From positions 1 through 64,000 of the forward strand of contig LSRY02000019.1 in NCBI GenBank assembly GCA_001643675.2: a stretch of 64,000 nt of DNA, written 5' to 3'. Position numbers and translations under genes: made by a program. The notes below the pieces were generated by a model that saw only the letters and a program-made list of their open reading frames with translations, made no database searches and was not told the origin of the DNA. The DNA is from Monocercomonoides exilis PA203. Taxonomy: Eukaryota > Protista > Preaxostyla. Positions 61,301-64,000 of this stretch are shown here, in pieces (the stretch's first letter is position 1; the number at the start of each line of letters is the position of its first letter).

Positions 61301-64000
61301 TGTGGTGCTGTGCAGCAATAAAACTCACACCCGCTTATCAATAGGTTTGTGTTTGCAGATGCTTCATAAAAGAATGCACCTCCTCCCATCTCTTCTTCCT
61401 CTCCAGCAACAGCACACCCTTCAAATGTGCAGTCATCTATTTTCACTTTGAAATCTCTTCCATCATCATCATCATTCTCATTGTTCACAACACTTGTGCA
61501 TCCTCCACTTTCCTTCGAACGAGTAATCGATGAAAATGTGCATCCTGACATCTCATCGATATTTCCGTTATGGCACTCAACAACGCTCCCATCGCCAAAT
61601 GTGATTTCAGCAAAATTGCTCTTCGTCATATTCATCGAAGGCACACTTTCTGCATTCCCTTCAACAACAAATACCGATGAATCTCCAATTTTCATATTCT
61701 TTGTTGCAAACTCATTAATCTCCACCACCCCTCCAGCAGCCTTCACAAACACTGTCGAAATAGCCTCATCCCCTCCTTCCATCCCACATTTGGTCAGTGT
61801 GAGTTTCTCTGAATGGCACTCAAACACACTTTCATGATCTGTCAGCGATTTCTTCAAAGAAAAGATAATTCCAGTCACAAACACACTGACCGAGCTTTCA
61901 ATCAGTCCATTTTGTGCTCCCTCTTTCTGTTCAGAAACTTCACACTTCATTTCATTCTCTTTGGATGCAATGCTCCATTCGTTTGAGGTCAAATCCAATT
62001 CCTCATCAAATGAAAATGGCTCACAAATTGAGACATCCTTATTCTTCCCTTCAAAGTGGAGTGACACTGCCTTCAAAATAGTCGAACATGGAGACGCTTC
62101 ATATCCGCACATCGAAAAATCATGGCCCAAAGATCCTCCCACAAACGCTGGAGCTGAAAAGTTGTTCCACAGATACACCACCAGCGGGATGGCAAATGTT
62201 TCATTCAGCGTTGATCTCTCAAATCCATTCAATTTTGTGAAATCATTCAAATCAACTCCAAAGCTGATCGATTCTCTGTTAATCACACTCGAAAGATCAT
62301 GTGCGTTGATGAAGATTTCTTTCCCCTCTCTGGCATCACATTCAGAAAATGAAACATCCCTCAAAACGAATGACTGCGCTCCTTCAGCCAGATGAAGATA
62401 AATCCCTCCTCCATATCCGCACTCTCCATCTGCCGTTTGTGTTGCCTTGCAGCTCTCAAGTTGCAACAAATTACTTTCATCATTTGAAGTTTTTGTTCTC
62501 AGAAGGGAAGTATCTGTGATGTTTCCCACAGTGAATGATGATCCTTCATTCATCAAAACCCACAACCCTCCTCCATTTCCTCCATTGCTCTCACACCCGC
62601 ACATTGTTCCTCCAACAATTTCAAGAGAACAATCTCTCCCAAGTGTGCATTCCACTGCTCCTCCATCTCCTCCATCCCCTTTGAATCCACTCATCGTATT
62701 GTTCAACAATTTCACTGACTTGGCTGAACTTGTGGAAATCACTCTTATTGATCCTGATGGCAAATCTGCTGGCGATGCTGCTTTCACTGAAAGTGTTGAA
62801 TCCTCTATTGTGATGGATGCTCCATCAGCAACTCCAAATAAGACACTCTGTGTTTCAGAGTTAATATCCTCAACACTCATGGAAGTGAATGTGCCATAAA
62901 CACCACTTCCAACAAGGCTAATCAATGGATGATTCCCAATGGACAAAGACAACGCAGAAAACGATGAAACGGACACCTCACCTGCTGACACGGACAAAAA
63001 CACATAAGATAACGCCGACTGGGAATTTTGCAAAGAAAGTGAGCAATCTTCAAGCGAAAAGAATTGTGAGGAAGAAAAGAAGAACACTTCGTGATTTTGG
63101 AGAGCAGAAGGAACAGAGAAAGTTAGTGAACTGATATTTGCATTTGCACTGACTGTTATCATGCTTTCTCCACTTCCATCAGAATCGTCAATCACTTTCC
63201 ATCCGCTGTTTTCATCTTTTCCCCTGATTGTGTGTTTGAATGAGTCGAATATCAATTCATTTTTCACTTCAATCATCCCATCAACAACAATCTTCTTTTC
63301 CTCTTCTTGCCTCGTCAAACAATGCCTCAGACTCAGGCAGGGAAACTCAGCAAATCCACAAAGAGAATGGTCAAATGCATCAATACTGCTCACATAAATC
63401 TCATCTGGCAAAGGAATCAGATAAGCACCCAAAGGAATTGGCGTTGAGTCATCGCCTTTATCGAATCCTCGAATTTCATCCAGCAATGGATTCGAAGCTG
63501 TTAATGAAGTGATCTTCCCACTTCTTGCTGCTGATTCCAAATTCGGAGAATCAATGAAAATATCATTTCCCCACTTGGCTCTGTTTCCTTCAAATGCTGA
63601 TGAAATATGAAAGTTGGCATTTGTTTCTCTCACTTTCAGCCCAATTCCCCCTCCTCTGCCTTGAGTGGTTGAGGCATAACAGTTCTTCGCAATTCCTCCT
63701 TTCACATTCAATGAACCCCCGCTTCCCACTGCAACCATCATACCCCCTCCAAACTCAGAGTCTTCACTTCCGCAGCCATCAATGGTGCATTCTTCAAGGG
63801 TTATTGAATGTGACCCTTCACCCACACTCATCAGCGATGATCCGGTTGTTGTTCTCACAATATTGCTGAATGTGCAGTTGCCCAGGGTCAATGTTGCAGA
63901 CGATTCTTGAGGCACAGATATCAAACTTGTGGTGCTGAATGTTTGGACCCATTTCACATCTTTCATCTTCAACTCTCCTCCTTCCACCTTCACAAGTGAT
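55395..64000. repeat. Segmental direct repeat, copy 2 (continues beyond the window)
   Basis: Colinear with ~3050-11626. Confidence 0.92.
56896..64000 (-). CDS. Second copy of the beta-helix/TM/pseudokinase receptor, intact C-terminus, 5' end outside the window
   Basis: 2365-aa open frame nearly identical to the C-terminal ~2360 aa of the 4539-13546 protein; ends ...SATFIS*. Confidence 0.9.
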   Translation of the reverse strand, partial: SLVKVEGGELKMKDVKWVQTFSTTSLISVPQESSATLTLGNCTFSNIVRTTTGSSLMSVGEGSHSITLEECTIDGCGSEDSEFGGGMMVAVGSGGSLNVKGGIAKNCYASTTQGRGGGIGLKVRETNANFHISSAFEGNRAKWGNDIFIDSPNLESAARSGKITSLTASNPLLDEIRGFDKGDDSTPIPLGAYLIPLPDEIYVSSIDAFDHSLCGFAEFPCLSLRHCLTRQEEEKKIVVDGMIEVKNELIFDSFKHTIRGKDENSGWKVIDDSDGSGESMITVSANANISSLTFSVPSALQNHEVFFFSSSQFFSLEDCSLSLQNSQSALSYVFLSVSAGEVSVSSFSALSLSIGNHPLISLVGSGVYGTFTSMSVEDINSETQSVLFGVADGASITIEDSTLSVKAASPADLPSGSIRVISTSSAKSVKLLNNTMSGFKGDGGDGGAVECTLGRDCSLEIVGGTMCGCESNGGNGGGLWVLMNEGSSFTVGNITDTSLLRTKTSNDESNLLQLESCKATQTADGECGYGGGIYLHLAEGAQSFVLRDVSFSECDAREGKEIFINAHDLSSVINRESISFGVDLNDFTKLNGFERSTLNETFAIPLVVYLWNNFSAPAFVGGSLGHDFSMCGYEASPCSTILKAVSLHFEGKNKDVSICEPFSFDEELDLTSNEWSIASKENEMKCEVSEQKEGAQNGLIESSVSVFVTGIIFSLKKSLTDHESVFECHSEKLTLTKCGMEGGDEAISTVFVKAAGGVVEINEFATKNMKIGDSSVFVVEGNAESVPSMNMTKSNFAEITFGDGSVVECHNGNIDEMSGCTFSSITRSKESGGCTSVVNNENDDDDGRDFKVKIDDCTFEGCAVAGEEEEMGGGAFFYEASANTNLLISGCEFYCCTAPHEEEGVGYGGGIMLKMQKQEEEEGKAGFVISSPVFSTDKPNNAKFGKDLFISSPLLIKSIKNETLPFVKDRLELLTEDSMRGYDGGNRECAIPLIYFWKEIGSSVFITEEGKNVAVCGLEEYPCRSVDYGLKRTVSSGVERMMIRGVCDARSVIEMSGMKAEGTNGETDKIQFVKAIEGDGDAIVECKGAVQFKEMGMVIPTAFDNGASILIQTGSDAIKTSIVSCSISTHGSAEGEVSFVLIGASKGIVEIEKTNIAGLSSMCEIMSVSTDCAIAMNNVTFEDIALSGKSAVAMSENTIASSEKNDAEEVWNILFEQCIFANVKHSATINPSLLCCDVSNDVRLKMENSTIDGCGSASSNEGGGMFFLLNERGKLEMNHTNVVKCFCSNIGRGGGMFLKSQSVSQEALPFVLSNITLRENVASKGRDVFVKCTDLDSQISESQFLINFGEPFVKELAIWGCTADNYGDEEDLLRRVFVFRSEFIFVSSVVGNSSDSKQCGEMKSTCSSLDVGVSHIIPSDYSQLLIWNETTLTGSCSAQRVTIKSMEASRNAKIKVSEISLADEGVVRTSESVRFEKVIFAFDGVQNAICSCLLHQMSGSLILESVSFHSESRTTANPQLLFDASLIVVEDGVFEADACSVNSLGFTKPVFNILGSERASFDDLGVDDVRCKSSVIECGKSEKVSVSRLTGTNITLQNESLISFENGHSSLFVSLVLSSFSNISRSTSGSCIVCTTHPMGCFEMCNCSLSKCSSESQKGSQVAITSAEKILMESCVFEGSLEERTENYLNREEEICRWNGSVVDVAKSSVMMKDTAILNSPEGGITTSGGNVKIEKGEFLNNNPSIEGYPSLRRNIICSDSGILNVMSLKGGDGLERNTSLWMLDDGCSFEGIVSERDSSFVIPVLESVEAKKEANRMKLAFKGMLLVPCNLSFSVVKRKGDEKEIEKFDFDMEGFLSEKEVEGSVAKDLLSSCGNEIEVSASILFGNAESPSSTNPFILKNASEAKGGDERIVEGGNKEMSIWPIIVIVLVVILLIVLVGFILFVVRWKKQKRRTEELEVIVEDNIRKDPKAIEMVTMEMSPEDQWRRAEREAEKKNEERIKKMVFEKSLGHSESSEHLLSESGSTEYILGRDSDKIPEWMLEKVDEKEEDDEETRKRTPSPSISSISTTDSDSTFVRGEDLCPTTSSMSNLVDAMACSSPHEKLIVDLRDSLFMLLHGRNKTKEMAIGTLKEREQTAAQILFWVANLALHSFDEMENELSSLANLSPHLVLFSEHMVICIVMHSDLLSDDDSDSSSISSSTVATSVSDDDRDSLPSSAFEDEDDFRKECLRWKAPELLINKKMGATKESVAFSIGMMLWECLTLQIPFGEYEAEIAGEKIKNGERPPMQPIGSSAFSELVNACLSVNPADRQTLTSLKRLLIQHFPPGAAILTLSDAVDYTCCSDRQHQLSGSALCSSISATFIS

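Overview
Eukaryotic, AT-rich, intron-containing genomic DNA read with the standard code. Gene content and style suggest an oxymonad or metamonad protist such as Monocercomonoides; this is an inference. Host genes: two near-identical direct copies of a ~3000-aa signal peptide + beta-helix-repeat + TM + pseudokinase receptor (4539-13546 and 56896->64000, minus strand), a large low-complexity protein (42648-48005, minus) and a Pumilio/PUF protein (49426-54111, plus). The first ~5 kb is a near-perfect palindrome centred at ~2522, possibly a fold-back artefact. The centre of the window is a nest of DNA transposons. (i) A putative 21-kb element (20163-41238) has 29-bp GGG-ended TIRs flanked by ATAT. 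(ii) Inside it is a spliced Sola-type DDD transposase gene with a complete ubiquitin-specific protease (USP/C19) domain inserted in its N-terminal region, followed by a GC-rich multi-hairpin. (iii) Also inside is a decayed large gene carrying an internal 76-aa ubiquitin-like domain ending in GG. (iv) That gene is split by a 4672-bp Pack-type element with 562-bp TIRs and an 8-bp TSD, carrying captured surface-protein fragments. A 366-bp foldback/MITE lies just outside the right end. Family assignments come from motif recognition by eye; no database searches were run.
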